A DNA stretch of 64,000 nt from Candidatus Hadarchaeales archaeon (GTDB lineage: Archaea > Hadarchaeota > Hadarchaeia > Hadarchaeales > WYZ-LMO6). Positions 8,760 through 19,277 of this stretch are shown one piece after another. The stretch covers positions 14,409 through 78,408 of the forward strand of contig JAWCKR010000005.1 of the NCBI GenBank assembly GCA_038851755.1, read 5' to 3'. How positions within the stretch are numbered: the stretch's first letter is position 1; each line of letters starts with the position of its first letter. Made by a program: the position numbers and the translations under genes. The notes below the pieces were generated by a model, which was not told the origin of the DNA, ran no database searches, and was given only the letters and a program-made list of their open reading frames with translations.

Positions 8760-10064
8760 CTACTCCTCCGAGGTCCCCGCTCCCGCCTCGCTCCCCCAGC
8801 TCCTGCGCTCGATGGTGGGCCTGGCGAGGAAGATCTGCCTGGGAGGCACGTCCTCGTACACCACGGCCCCCGGCCCAATGGCGGAATCGGGACCTATCTT
8901 CACCCCCGGGTTGATCATGCAGTTCACTCCCGTCTTCACGTTGTCCGCTATGATGGTCCCCAGCTTCCTCCTCCTGGTCCCCACCCTGTTCCCCTCCACC
9001 TCCATCTCCACCTCGGCCTCGTCAAGGCGCAGGTTGGCGATGGTGGTCCCCGCCCCCAGGTTGCACCCGCTCCCGATCACGGAGTCGCCCACGTAGGAGA
9101 GGTGGGCGATGTGGGTGTGGTCCATCACGATGCTGTTCTTGATCTCCACCCCGTGTCCCACCCTGACGTGGTCCCCTATGTAGGTGCATGGCCTGATGTA
9201 GCAGTTGGGGCCTATGTCACAGTGCTTCCCTATGTACACAGGACCCTCGATGTAGGAACCCGACCTTATCCTCGTTCCCTCCCCCACGTACACGTTCTCC
9301 TCTATGTGCACCCCGAACTCTATCTTCCCGTGGACCTCCCCCTTCTGCCTCCTCAGGAAGTGCTCGTTGGCCACCAGGAGGTCCCACGGTCTCCCCAGGT
9401 CCGCCCAGAAACTCAGGGGGGAGGCGTAGATCTTCCTTCCTTCCTGGAGGAGCAGCTGCAGGGAGGTGGTGATCTCGTACTCGCCCCTCTCCGACCTCCC
9501 CGTCCTCTCTATGGCCCTGAAGATCTCGGGGGTGAAGGTGTAGACCCCCGCGTTCACCGTCCTGACCTCCGGTGCCCTGGGCTTCTCCTCCACCCTCGCC
9601 ACCTTCCCACCCTGCAGGTACACCACCCCGTACTGGCTGGCGTCCTCCACCTCGTAGGTGGCCAGGCAACCCCCGAAGTCGGGAGAGGAAACCCTCTCGG
9701 CATGGAGGTCCAGGAGGCGCCGGATGGACCCCTCATCGGTGAGCGTGTCCCCGTTGATGACCAGGAAGTCCTCCTTTCCCACCCACTCCCTGGTGAGGGA
9801 GATGGCCTGGGCCGTCCCCAGGAGCTCCTGCTGGTGGAAGTAGGTGATCTTCAGGCCCAGGCCCGAGCCATCCCCGTACCTCTCCATGATCTGTTCCTTC
9901 CCGTAACCCACCACCATGCCCACCTCCTGGAAGGTCCCCGCCAGGAGCTCCAGCACCCTGTCCAGCGCGGGCTTTCCCGCCACGGGTAGGAGGAACTTGG
10001 GGCGGGTGAAGGTCAGGGGACGCATCCTCTTCCCCAGCCCTGCCGCCAGGACCACCGCCTTCAT
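8760..10064 (-). CDS. glmU: Bifunctional sugar-1-phosphate nucleotidylyltransferase/acetyltransferase (archaeal GlmU)
   Basis: LAAGLGKRMRPLT, RSERGEYEIT, hexapeptide repeats, HLSYVGDS. Confidence 0.92.
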   Translation of the reverse strand: MKAVVLAAGLGKRMRPLTFTRPKFLLPVAGKPALDRVLELLAGTFQEVGMVVGYGKEQIMERYGDGSGLGLKITYFHQQELLGTAQAISLTREWVGKEDFLVINGDTLTDEGSIRRLLDLHAERVSSPDFGGCLATYEVEDASQYGVVYLQGGKVARVEEKPRAPEVRTVNAGVYTFTPEIFRAIERTGRSERGEYEITTSLQLLLQEGRKIYASPLSFWADLGRPWDLLVANEHFLRRQKGEVHGKIEFGVHIEENVYVGEGTRIRSGSYIEGPVYIGKHCDIGPNCYIRPCTYIGDHVRVGHGVEIKNSIVMDHTHIAHLSYVGDSVIGSGCNLGAGTTIANLRLDEAEVEMEVEGNRVGTRRRKLGTIIADNVKTGVNCMINPGVKIGPDSAIGPGAVVYEDVPPRQIFLARPTIERRSWGSEAGAGTSEE

Positions 10065-10089
10065 CCAACCTCCCTCTCCACCGCCCGAT

Positions 10090-11421
10090 TTATACGATGA
10101 GGGAGAGGACCTCCCTCATCCTCCTCCTGGCCACGCCCTCCTCCCGCGCCTCGCAGGTGATCCTCAGGTAGGGCTCGGTGCCCGAGGGCCTCACCAGCAC
10201 CCAGCTCCCCTCCTCGAAGGTGATCCTGAGACCGTCCACCTCCTCCGCCCCCACCACCCCGCCGAGCTTTCTGTACTCCCTCCTGAGCCTCTCCATCTTC
10301 TCCACCCTCTCCGCCGGGGAGCAGGGAAGCTTCTCCCTCAGGAGGGGATAGGAAGGCACCTCCTCCAGGAGCTCCGACAGCTTCCTCCCTCCCTCCTCCA
10401 GCATCCTGAGGACCATCACGGCGGCGAGGGGACCGTCGGGAGCCAGGTGTGCCTCCGGGAAGATCCAGGCGCCGCTGGGCTCCCCTCCGAACCTTCCCCC
10501 CACCTCCTTCAGGGCCCTGGCCACGCTCACGTCCCCCACCCTCGTCCTCACCACCTTCCCCCCCTTCCTCTCCACCCACTCCTCCACCACGCTGGAGGCG
10601 TCCACCGTGGTCACCACCTTCTCCCCCCTCCCCACCAGGTGGGAGGCCACCAGTGCCAGTAGCCTGTCGGGCTGCACGAACCTGCCCCTGTCGTCCACCA
10701 CGGCGATCCTGTCGGCGTCCCCGTCGTGGGCAAAACCCAGCTCGGCCCCGCTCGATACCACCACCCTCGAGAGGCCGGAGAGACTTTCTGGCGAAGGCTC
10801 GGACCCCCTCCCCGGAAACTCACCGCTGGGGAAACCGTTGAGGGAGAGGACCTCGCACCCCCCCTCCCTCAGGAGGAAGGGGGTCACCCTGGAGGCCGCC
10901 CCGTTCCCGCAGTCCACCACCACCCTGTGCCTTTCGCGCGGAGAAAAGCGATCCAGAACCCACCGGAGGTACTCACCCACAGGGTCGCGCTCCTCCGTCC
11001 TCCCTACCCTCTTCCACTCCACCCCGCCGGCCCCCTCCATCTCCCTCTCCAGTTCCTCCTCCCTCTCGGGCGTGAAGGCCGCACCCTCTCCATCCCAGCA
11101 CTTCAGGCCGTTGTACTCGGGCGGGTTGTGGGAGGCGGTGATCATCACCCCGGACCTCGCCCCCCACTTCCTGGTGGCGAAGGCCAGCACGGGGGTGGGG
11201 ATCATTCCCGCCCTCACCGCCGTGCACCCTCCCGAGAGGAGCCCGGAGAGGAGGGCGCTCTCCAGCATCTCGCTCGAGGTTCTGGGATCCCTTCCCACCA
11301 CCACCCTCCCCGAGTTCCCCAACAGGCTGGCCAGACCCAGACCCACCCTCATGGCCAGAGGTGGGTCCACCTCCCGGTTGGCCACGCCCCTTATGCCCGA
11401 GGTCCCGAACAGGCGGGGCAA
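10090..11421 (-). CDS. glmM: Phosphoglucosamine mutase / phosphohexomutase
   Basis: LFGTSGIRG, TASHNP, DGDADR, RPSGTEP; adjacent to glmU; TTG start inferred. Confidence 0.9.
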   Translation of the reverse strand: MPRLFGTSGIRGVANREVDPPLAMRVGLGLASLLGNSGRVVVGRDPRTSSEMLESALLSGLLSGGCTAVRAGMIPTPVLAFATRKWGARSGVMITASHNPPEYNGLKCWDGEGAAFTPEREEELEREMEGAGGVEWKRVGRTEERDPVGEYLRWVLDRFSPRERHRVVVDCGNGAASRVTPFLLREGGCEVLSLNGFPSGEFPGRGSEPSPESLSGLSRVVVSSGAELGFAHDGDADRIAVVDDRGRFVQPDRLLALVASHLVGRGEKVVTTVDASSVVEEWVERKGGKVVRTRVGDVSVARALKEVGGRFGGEPSGAWIFPEAHLAPDGPLAAVMVLRMLEEGGRKLSELLEEVPSYPLLREKLPCSPAERVEKMERLRREYRKLGGVVGAEEVDGLRITFEEGSWVLVRPSGTEPYLRITCEAREEGVARRRMREVLSLIV

Positions 11422-11425
11422 TCTC

Positions 11426-12097
11426 TCAGACCCCGGCTCCCTCCGGGGCCGGGACTTCAGGGGCGGGGGGCTCAGCCGGTGCTGCAGGGGCCGCCTCACT
11501 CCTGGGCGGTGCCTTCATAACCTCCGTCTTCTGGACCTCCACCCTGCGTATGGGGCAGTACTTCTTGGCCACCTTGTAGATGTCGGCGGAGAGCTTGCCG
11601 AGCACGGCCTCCTGTACGAACTGGTCGAAGGTGCGCTCGGAGGCCCTGGTCGTGAGGAGGTCGGTGATCTCGGAGCGTATGGCCCGCACCTTCTCCCTGG
11701 AGATCTTCCTCACGGTCATCACCACCGAGGTGAGCTGGATCTCCCTCCCGTCCTTCGTCCTCACGGTGAGAATGTGGGTGATCTTGGTGGCCCTCCTCCT
11801 CACCTGGCTCCTCAGGAAGTGCTGCGCCAGGTCGTGACCCACGAAGTCCGTGTAGGCCTTCTCCCCGTCCACCTTCACCACCTGGAAGAAGAGCTTGAGG
11901 TAGGATTTTGAAACGTCCTGGACCAGGTCACCCAGCGAAACCTCCACCTTCCTCCCCAGCAGCTTCTCGGGCTCGGAGGCGAGGGTCTCCCCTATCCTAG
12001 TCCCCCCGAACATAGGGGGAGCGTACAGGTCGTACCAGACCTTCTTCTTCCACACCTTCGCCTGGCTTGCTTTCTCGGGCAAAGCCTCACCCCCCAC
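11426..12097 (-). CDS. rps3ae: 30S ribosomal protein S3ae (eS1)
   Basis: WKKKVWYDLYAP, LRSQVRRR, KYCPIRRVEVQKTEV. Confidence 0.95.
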   Translation of the reverse strand: MGGEALPEKASQAKVWKKKVWYDLYAPPMFGGTRIGETLASEPEKLLGRKVEVSLGDLVQDVSKSYLKLFFQVVKVDGEKAYTDFVGHDLAQHFLRSQVRRRATKITHILTVRTKDGREIQLTSVVMTVRKISREKVRAIRSEITDLLTTRASERTFDQFVQEAVLGKLSADIYKVAKKYCPIRRVEVQKTEVMKAPPRSEAAPAAPAEPPAPEVPAPEGAGV

Positions 12098-13568
12098 CTT
12101 TCTCCCCGGTGGATAAAACCCTCACGTGTGCCCTCACGGGACCAGGCCAGGAGCCTTCCTCCAGCCCGTAATGGGCCAGGAAGCCCACCGCCCACCGGGT
12201 GGTCCCAAAACCGCAGCAACCCGTCCAGATCCTCCTCCCCCTGGCTTCCTTTATCCCGAAGGACTTGACGAACTTGTCCCCGTGCACGTTCAGGGAGGCC
12301 ACCTCCAGCCAGTCCTGCTTGTAGGGCAGCCTCACCTCCAGGTCGTAGGTGGCCACCTCGGGCCCGCTCTTCTCCTTCTCCCCCTCCCTGAGGTAGAAGG
12401 GAGTGGCCACGGTCAGCCTCCACCTCACCCCCAGCTTCCTCAGGAGGTTCTCGCTCCTCTCCCTCACTCCCTCCCTGAGCTCCACCACCTGCTCTGGGGA
12501 GCCCAGGAACACCAGCTCTATCCTCCTGAACTCATGGGTGCGAATCAGCCCCTCCGCCCCTCCCCCCTCCCACCTGTAGGTCCAACCGCTCCTGTCGAAG
12601 AGCTTGACGGGGAGTTCCTCCAGCCTCACCTGCCTCCCGCTGAACATCTGGTAGAAGGGCTCACACTGGGCGGGGGCCAGCACGTAAGAGGGGTTCTCCA
12701 CCGCCTCCTTCAGCAGCTCGGACGCCACCCTCTTCCGCAGCTTCATCTCGGCCTTGAACCTCGAGAAGGCCTGGGGGTCCCTCGGCGGGGAGCAGACGTA
12801 GTACATCCCCTCCGGTATGCCGTCCAGGTACCCTGGCATGTTCTTCATCACCTCCAGGGAAATCAGCTTGGGGAACATGGCCTCCCTGAAGCCCAGGGGC
12901 CTCACCACCTCCTCCAGGATCAGCTCCTCCAGGGCCCTCAGCAGGGACACGAAGGGGGGACCGTAGAGCCACTGACCCCTCCCTGGGAACTCCTGGATCC
13001 AGCCCCTCTTCTCCATTTCCTCGGTGGGGTTGCCGGAAAAGATGGGCGGGGTCCCCTCCTCCTCCCTGACCGCCTCGGGTACCTGCCCTGCGGTGGGGAT
13101 CACGGGCTGCTGTTCCACCAGTGAAACCAAACGATCCACCGTCCCCCTCCTGAGATCGGACTCCGAAAGCCCCCTGAGCACCAGAGACACGCGTCCCTCC
13201 TCTCTCTCCACCTCGTAGTGGAGGCCCCGGAGCAAGTCATCCACACCCCCCGGGAGGGAGGGAAGCTCGAGGCGGTACTCCAAACCCTTTATCTCCCTAA
13301 GGCCCAGTCTGTGCCTCCCCAGCATCTCCCTCAGCACTCTGGCCAGCCTCAGGAGAGCGCTGTGCGCCCTCACGTACCTGTCGGAGACCAACAAGAGCTC
13401 CAGTTCCTCCCCCCTCACCTCCCATCCCTCCACTCTCGCGCCCTCCTTTCCGGGGGGGGCCCCCTTGCGCAGGAGCTCGGATGAGCTCTCCAGCAACCTT
13501 CCTATCTCTTCCCTGCACTCCTCCAGTCCTCCGCTGAACCTCAGCCTCGCCCTAAGCGTGAACTTCAA
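12087..13568 (-). CDS. serS: Seryl-tRNA synthetase, methanogen (rare, Zn-dependent) type
   Basis: SDRYVRAHSALLRL N-domain, FPGRGQW, LAPAQCEPFY, RWEGGG, HEFRRIE, WTGCCG. Confidence 0.92.
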   Translation of the reverse strand: MKFTLRARLRFSGGLEECREEIGRLLESSSELLRKGAPPGKEGARVEGWEVRGEELELLLVSDRYVRAHSALLRLARVLREMLGRHRLGLREIKGLEYRLELPSLPGGVDDLLRGLHYEVEREEGRVSLVLRGLSESDLRRGTVDRLVSLVEQQPVIPTAGQVPEAVREEEGTPPIFSGNPTEEMEKRGWIQEFPGRGQWLYGPPFVSLLRALEELILEEVVRPLGFREAMFPKLISLEVMKNMPGYLDGIPEGMYYVCSPPRDPQAFSRFKAEMKLRKRVASELLKEAVENPSYVLAPAQCEPFYQMFSGRQVRLEELPVKLFDRSGWTYRWEGGGAEGLIRTHEFRRIELVFLGSPEQVVELREGVRERSENLLRKLGVRWRLTVATPFYLREGEKEKSGPEVATYDLEVRLPYKQDWLEVASLNVHGDKFVKSFGIKEARGRRIWTGCCGFGTTRWAVGFLAHYGLEEGSWPGPVRAHVRVLSTGEKGGG

Positions 13569-13605
13569 GCCGGTCTTCCCCTTTGTCCCTCCGGAAATAA
13601 GTATT

Positions 13606-13848
13606 TCACAGCCCGCCCAGGTCCTCCGCCACCTCCGTACAGGCGAGCAGGTCGTCCAGGGTGGCCAGCAGGGTTTCTATCCTTCCCTCCATTCTGACCA
13701 CCGTCACCACCGCCTTCCCCCTCCTCACCGTCCTGAGCTCCACACCCTTTCCTTCCACGTTGTCGGGGGAGAGGGCCCTTGCCACGGCCTCCGCCACCCT
13801 TCGCTCAGGATAGAGGCAACGCACCCTGGCCCTGAGCTCCATCTCCAC
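13606..13848 (-). CDS. pcc1: KEOPS complex subunit Pcc1
   Basis: AVARALSPDN, TLLATLDDLL; ~80 aa. Confidence 0.85.
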   Translation of the reverse strand: MEMELRARVRCLYPERRVAEAVARALSPDNVEGKGVELRTVRRGKAVVTVVRMEGRIETLLATLDDLLACTEVAEDLGGL

Positions 13849-13853
13849 ACCGC

Positions 13854-14795
13854 TCAGTCCCTTATTCCTGCCTCCGAAACGGAGAAGATGGTCTCCCCCT
13901 CCGGCAGGGAGGGGCTGTCCACCACCCTGGCTATGCGCTTGTTGGCCTTGCTCCTCCTCAGGTAAACCCTGGTAGTCACGGAGTGCGCCAGCACGTGACC
14001 CCCTATGGGCTTGGTGGGGTCCCCGAAGAACATGTCCGGCCTGGCCTGCACCTGGTTGGTCACCAGCACAGCCAGGTCCCTGAGTTCCGAGAGCCTGTGG
14101 AGGGTGAGGAGATGCCTGGCGAGCTTCTGCTGCCTGGCGGCCAGGGCCTCCCTCCCCACGAACTCCGCCCTGAAAAGGGAGGTGAGGGAGTCCACCACCA
14201 CCAGCCTGATGCTCTCCCTCTCCGCCAGCTCCTCAACCTTCTCGGCGAGGAGAAGCTGCTGGTCGGTGTTGTAGGCCCTGGCGAAGAAGATATTCCTCAC
14301 CGCCTCGCCCGGGTCCAGCTCCAGCGCCCTTGCCATGTCCTGAACGCGCTCTGGCCTGAAGGTGTTCTCCGTGTCTATGAAGACGGCCTTGCCCTCCAGG
14401 CCCCCCTTCTCCCTAGGGAGCTGCACGTTTACACAGAGCTGGTGGGCCAGCTGGGTCTTTCCCGTCCCGAACTCCCCGAAAACCTCCGTCACGGCCTTGG
14501 TGGGTATCCCTCCCCCCAGCAGCGCATCCAGCTGCTTGCTGCCCGTGGTAATCCATCCCAGTTCCTTCCTGAGCCTCAGGACCTCGTCACCCGTGATGAA
14601 CCTCCCTATGTCGGCCTTCTGCTTGGCCGCCTCTATGATCCTCTTGGCCGGAGCCTCCCCTATCTCCAGCACTTCCCTGAGCTCCTCCACCGTCGCCACG
14701 GCGATGGAGGAGAAGGTCCTGTACCCCGCCTCCTTCAACCTCTCGGCGATGGCAGGCCCCACCCCGGGGAGATCCTCCAGGTTGTCCTCTTCCAA
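13854..14795 (-). CDS. radA: DNA repair and recombination protein RadA
   Basis: HhH N-domain, [24 protein letters not shown]. Confidence 0.97.
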   Translation of the reverse strand: MEEDNLEDLPGVGPAIAERLKEAGYRTFSSIAVATVEELREVLEIGEAPAKRIIEAAKQKADIGRFITGDEVLRLRKELGWITTGSKQLDALLGGGIPTKAVTEVFGEFGTGKTQLAHQLCVNVQLPREKGGLEGKAVFIDTENTFRPERVQDMARALELDPGEAVRNIFFARAYNTDQQLLLAEKVEELAERESIRLVVVDSLTSLFRAEFVGREALAARQQKLARHLLTLHRLSELRDLAVLVTNQVQARPDMFFGDPTKPIGGHVLAHSVTTRVYLRRSKANKRIARVVDSPSLPEGETIFSVSEAGIRD

Positions 14796-14809
14796 GTTCC
14801 CACCCCTCT

Positions 14810-16876
14810 TTATCCTCCCCTCACTTTAACCTTTTCCAGCAGCCGCTCCGCCTCCCTCCTGGCGTCGGGGTACTCCACGGAGGTCACCCTCAGCTCCAGC
14901 TGGTCCCTGTACTCGTCTCTCCTGGTGGTGCCGGAGAGAATCACCTCCCTCCCCTCCAGCCCCAGCGATCTGTAGAAATCGGCAAGGTTCTGGAACTTCC
15001 TGTACTCCTCGAAGATCCTGGAGGAGCTCATGCCCACCAGCTCCTCTGCCACCCTCCCGAAGAGGACGGCCCTGATCGCCCCCGTTCCGTCATCCACGAC
15101 CAGGTTCAGCACGGCCCTGTGCTCCGGGGAGACCACCTTCCCGCACTCCTCGCACAGGAGGCTGGTGTCCACCGTGCCCAGCGTCCTGCCGCAAAGGGGA
15201 CAGAGGTCGAAGATGGGTCGGCGCCTGACCACCTGCACGATGGTACCCCTCACCCTCACCTGAAGGTTGGGCTCCTGGATCTCCCCTATCTCCCTGGTCT
15301 CGGGGGTCATGGAAAGGCGGGAAAGAACATCGGCCGGAGGAAGCTCCTCCTCCACAGCTGGGTTCACTTCCAGCTCCCCCATCCTCCCCAGGTGCAGCTC
15401 CAGCGGGGAAGACCAGGGGGTATAGGCGTTCCGCAGGAGCAACACATCCCCCACCCTGGGAACCCTCTCAGCATGGTCACCCCAGAGAAGGACCCTCACC
15501 TTGCCCGTCCTGTCCCCCAGAACCAGGCTGGCGAACCTCCCCTTCTTCCCCTCCCTCTGGAACTCCCTGACCTCTCCCGCCTCCACCACCCTGCCCACCA
15601 CCTCCAGCCCGTCCATGCCCGGCTCCAGCTCCCCGATGCTCAGCCTTCGGGTCCCGAACTCCCCCACCTCCACACCTGGAGGGTTCACCTCCACCGAAGC
15701 CGCTCTCCCCACGTGCAGCTCGGGCCTCCCGGAAGCTCCCTCCCTCGTGTACGCCCCCCTGAGGAGCACCACATCACCCTCCCTAAGCCTCTCCGCCCTC
15801 TCCACCGCCCCGTTCCAGAAGGAGACCTTCATGAGCCCCGTCTCGTCCTCCAGGAGAGCCCCCAGCACCCTGCCCACGCCCCCGTCCGGTCTCCCGAACT
15901 CCCGGACCTGGTACTTCCTCCTCACCCTGGCCGCCACCTCCACCCAGGGCATTCCGGATTCCACCTCCTCCAGCTTCAGCAGCTTTCCATCCACCTCGGG
16001 CAGCTGGGAGACCCTCGGTGACTCGGGAGAGAGGACCACCCTGCTTCCTCCACCCACCCTGAGGTAAGGCTTCCCGGAGGGGTCCACCCTCACCTGCGCG
16101 TTCTCCAGCTTGATTACCTCACCCCTCCTGAGGTTCTTCACCAGCTCGGCTTTCTCTCCCCACAGGAAGACCTTGACCTTTCCCGTTTCGTCAAGCAGCA
16201 CGAGGGAGGCGAACCTGTCGGTGGTGCCGTCGGGACGCTCGGAGGTCTTCACCTCACCCACTGCCGCCACCCTCCCCACCAGGTCCACTTCCCTGTGGCC
16301 CTCCCTCAGGTCGGAAATCCTCAGCAGGGGCTCCTCGAGCGGCGGGAACTTCCCCTCCAGGGAGGGATCCCTGACCACCTCCACGGAACTCCTGGCCGAG
16401 AGCTTCAGCTCCGGCTCTCCCCCCCTGCCCTCCTGCACGTAGGCCCCGGCGATCTTGAGCAGGTCACCCTTCTGGATCGTCCCCTCTTCCACCAGGGAGA
16501 CCTTGCTGTCCCAGAGGGAGGCCCTGAGGGTACCCGTGCCGTCCTGCAGGAGGAGGGAGGCCACCCTCCCTACCGAGCCATCCCAGCGGGAGAAGCTCCT
16601 GGGCTCGTACACCCTGACCACCCTGGCGAGCAGGTTCACATTCGACATACCCGGCACCAGGTCCCTGAGGGTGATCTCCCTGGGCTTCAGCTTCTCTTCG
16701 GGGAGCCTCACCCCCAGTTCGGCTGCCACCATCTTGGCCAGGCCCTCGGGGGTGGAGATGGACCCGAACTCCCTTTCCTTCTCCCTTATCCTGACCATCA
16801 CCTCCTCCCGCCTCATCCCCTTCTGCCTCATTATCTCCTCCACCACTCGATCGAACCCGGTCCCCATCCCGCTCAC
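14810..16876 (-). CDS. rpa: Replication protein A with five OB folds and a zinc finger
   Basis: Repeated L-x-D-x-TG-x-x-x-x-x-LW units; CPLC...CEEC in last OB fold; next to radA. Confidence 0.9.
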   Translation of the reverse strand: MSGMGTGFDRVVEEIMRQKGMRREEVMVRIREKEREFGSISTPEGLAKMVAAELGVRLPEEKLKPREITLRDLVPGMSNVNLLARVVRVYEPRSFSRWDGSVGRVASLLLQDGTGTLRASLWDSKVSLVEEGTIQKGDLLKIAGAYVQEGRGGEPELKLSARSSVEVVRDPSLEGKFPPLEEPLLRISDLREGHREVDLVGRVAAVGEVKTSERPDGTTDRFASLVLLDETGKVKVFLWGEKAELVKNLRRGEVIKLENAQVRVDPSGKPYLRVGGGSRVVLSPESPRVSQLPEVDGKLLKLEEVESGMPWVEVAARVRRKYQVREFGRPDGGVGRVLGALLEDETGLMKVSFWNGAVERAERLREGDVVLLRGAYTREGASGRPELHVGRAASVEVNPPGVEVGEFGTRRLSIGELEPGMDGLEVVGRVVEAGEVREFQREGKKGRFASLVLGDRTGKVRVLLWGDHAERVPRVGDVLLLRNAYTPWSSPLELHLGRMGELEVNPAVEEELPPADVLSRLSMTPETREIGEIQEPNLQVRVRGTIVQVVRRRPIFDLCPLCGRTLGTVDTSLLCEECGKVVSPEHRAVLNLVVDDGTGAIRAVLFGRVAEELVGMSSSRIFEEYRKFQNLADFYRSLGLEGREVILSGTTRRDEYRDQLELRVTSVEYPDARREAERLLEKVKVRGG

Positions 16877-16914
16877 CCCTACTTCACCGTGGAAGTCTTA
16901 TAAAGAGAGAAAGG

Positions 16915-18180
16915 CTATCCGCGCGACTCCAGCTCGGCGAGGATCTCCCTGGCCCGGTCCATCCTTATGCATCCCTCCTCCACCATCCTCCTCGCCACCT
17001 CCTCCACCTGCTCTCCCCTGGCTCCCGCCGCCATCGCCACATTCCTGGCGTGGAGCTTCATGTGCCCGCGCTGTATGCCCTCCGCCACCAGGGCCCTCAG
17101 GGCGGCCAGGTTCTGGGCCAGACCCACCGCTGCCATCACCTCCGCCAGCTCCTTCGAGGAGCCTACCCCCAGGATCTTCCTGCAAACCCTGGCCACGGGA
17201 TGAACGCCGGTGGCCCCACCCAGCACGCCCACCGCCAGGGGGAGCTCTATCCTCCCCCTCAGGTCTCCGTTCTCCTCCCTCTCCCAGGAGGTCAGGGGTT
17301 TGTAGCCCCCCAGTGCCGCGTAAGCGTGGGCCCCCGCCTCCAGCGCCCTCACGTCGTTGGAGAGGGCAAGGGCCACCGCTATGATCCCGTTCATGATCCC
17401 CTTGTTGTGGGTGGAGCAGCGAAAGGGGTCAGCTGCCGCCAGGGCATGGGCGTAAAGAATACCTTCCACCACCTCCTCTCCCCCCAGGGCCTCCTTCGGG
17501 AAGGAAGCCTCGGCCCTGGCCCTCCTGTAAACGGCCAGATTGGAGAGGATGCGGAGGTAGACTTTTCCCCCCGTGAGCTCCTCGATCAGCGGAGCCACGG
17601 CCTCGCACATGGTATTCACCGCGTTGGCCCCCATGGCGTCCCTCACGTCGACCAGCAGATGCACCACCACCATGGGCCCCATGCTGGTATCAAGCACCCT
17701 CACCTCCACCCCTCTCGCCCCCCCTCCCGCCTTCACCAGGAGGGGGTCCTGCTCGTTGGCCTTCGCCAGGATCTTTTCCTTTTCCCCCAAAATCCTTCCC
17801 CTGGCCTTCTCAGGGTCCTTCAGCTTGCACACCTGGATCTGCCCTATCATGATGGGTTCATCGGCGCTGGCCCTGAAGCCGTACTTCATCCTGGCCATGC
17901 GGGCTGCGTTGGAGGCGGCGGCCACCACGCTTGGCTCCTCTATGGCCATGGGAACGAGGTAGTCCCTTCCGTTGATGAGGAAGTTGGTGGCTATGCCCAG
18001 CGGGAGGTGCGTGGCTCCTATCACGTTCTCTATCATCCGGTTGGCCAGATCGAGAGGGAGGGAGCCCGTGTTCCTCAGGATTTCTACCTCTTCGTCCGTC
18101 AAACCCGCGAACTCCTTCACCAGCTTCAGCCTCTCCTCTGGAGAGATTTCGTGGAAGCCTGGTAGTCGGGAGGACCTCAA
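16915..18180 (-). CDS. mvaA: HMG-CoA reductase, class II
   Basis: MIENVIG, EEPSVVAAAS, DAMGAN, THNKGIMNG, GIQRGHMKLH. Confidence 0.95.
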   Translation of the reverse strand: MRSSRLPGFHEISPEERLKLVKEFAGLTDEEVEILRNTGSLPLDLANRMIENVIGATHLPLGIATNFLINGRDYLVPMAIEEPSVVAAASNAARMARMKYGFRASADEPIMIGQIQVCKLKDPEKARGRILGEKEKILAKANEQDPLLVKAGGGARGVEVRVLDTSMGPMVVVHLLVDVRDAMGANAVNTMCEAVAPLIEELTGGKVYLRILSNLAVYRRARAEASFPKEALGGEEVVEGILYAHALAAADPFRCSTHNKGIMNGIIAVALALSNDVRALEAGAHAYAALGGYKPLTSWEREENGDLRGRIELPLAVGVLGGATGVHPVARVCRKILGVGSSKELAEVMAAVGLAQNLAALRALVAEGIQRGHMKLHARNVAMAAGARGEQVEEVARRMVEEGCIRMDRAREILAELESRG

Positions 18181-18262
18181 GCTCTCAATCTTTCTTCCTT
18201 CTTACTGTTTATTTAACGATACCAACCCCCAACCTTTAAATCTCCCTCCCAAAGCACAAAAC

Positions 18263-19045
18263 GTGAAGCTGGCGGTGTGTGGGAAGGGTGGGAGCGGGAA
18301 GAGCACCCTGGTGGCCCTCCTGGCCCACGAAGCCCTCTCCAGAAAGCACCGCGTGGTGGTGGTGGACTCAGACGAATCCAACCCCGGGCTCTTCAGGTTG
18401 CTGGGTTTCGAGAGACCTCCCTCCCCCCTGCTGGAGCTGGCGGGAGGAAGGAAGGGTGTGTGGGAGACTCTGGAGGGTGGAAAGGGAGTGCTGGCAAAGG
18501 AAAGTTTCGGAGTGGAGGAACTCCCACCCGAGTATGTGGGGAGGAAGGAAGGGCTTTCCCTCCTGTGCGTGGGGAAAATCACGATGGTGAGGGAAGGGTG
18601 CGCCTGCCCCCTGGGAGCGCTGGCCAGGGAAGTTCTGCGGAGGTTGAGGCTGGCGGAGGGGGAGCTGCTGCTGGCCGATTTGGAGGCTGGGGTGGAGCAC
18701 CTCGGCAGGGGAGTGGAGGAAGGGGTGGACGTGGTGCTGGTGGTGGTGGACCCTTCCTTCGACTCGATCGTGCTGGCGGGCAGAACGGCGCAGATGGTGG
18801 AGAGAATGGAGAAAAGGGTTTACGCCGTGCTCAACAAGGTAAGGCAGGGAAGGATGGAGGAAAGGCTTAGGGCAGAGGTGGAGAGGAGGGGGCTGAGGGT
18901 GGCAGGAGTGATCCACGAGGACCGAGAGCTCTTCGAATCCGAACTGGAGGGGAGGGAACTGAGAGCGGGAAAGGCCTGGGAGGAGGCCGGGAAGGTGCTG
19001 GACTTCCTGCTCGGGGTGAATGAAGATGTGTATTGCCACCGTTAA
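18263..19045 (+). CDS. cooC: CooC-family nickel-insertion ATPase
   Basis: GKGGSGKST, GCACP, DLEAGVEHLGRG; GTG start. Confidence 0.9.
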   Translation: MKLAVCGKGGSGKSTLVALLAHEALSRKHRVVVVDSDESNPGLFRLLGFERPPSPLLELAGGRKGVWETLEGGKGVLAKESFGVEELPPEYVGRKEGLSLLCVGKITMVREGCACPLGALAREVLRRLRLAEGELLLADLEAGVEHLGRGVEEGVDVVLVVVDPSFDSIVLAGRTAQMVERMEKRVYAVLNKVRQGRMEERLRAEVERRGLRVAGVIHEDRELFESELEGRELRAGKAWEEAGKVLDFLLGVNEDVYCHR

Positions 19046-19193
19046 GTCGGGGGAGAGGGAAATCAAGGACGTGGTGCTGATAGAGGAGAGGGAGGGGGGA
19101 TACGTGGTCACCACCCTGCTGGGAGAAAGGGTGGAAATCAAGGGCAAAATTCGTAAGATAGACATGGAACAGCACTTGGTGCTCTTGGAATAG
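19026..19193 (+). CDS. cooT: CooT-family nickel-binding protein (55 aa)
   Basis: Hand translation MCIATVK...TLLGERVEIKGKIRKIDMEQHLVLLE; Met-Cys start and C-terminal His. Confidence 0.85.
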   Translation: MCIATVKSGEREIKDVVLIEEREGGYVVTTLLGERVEIKGKIRKIDMEQHLVLLE

Positions 19194-19214
19194 CTTGAGA
19201 ATTCAAGAAAGTTA

Positions 19215-19242
19215 GTATTACTTTTTTGTAAAAAAGTAATCT
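19215..19242. promoter_or_regulatory. NikR-like operator abutting the TATA box of the fmdE-ABC operon
   Basis: GTATTA-N16-TAATCT containing the perfect IR ATTACTTTTTT-GT-AAAAAAGTAAT; TTTAAATA at 19242-19249. Confidence 0.65.
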
Positions 19243-19277
19243 TTAAATAGAGTGGATGATACAGTGTATCGATTCCA

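Noticed and set aside
14810-16876. Internal repeats in rpa as a repeat element
   Set aside because: Diverged protein-level OB-fold repeats typical of euryarchaeal RPA
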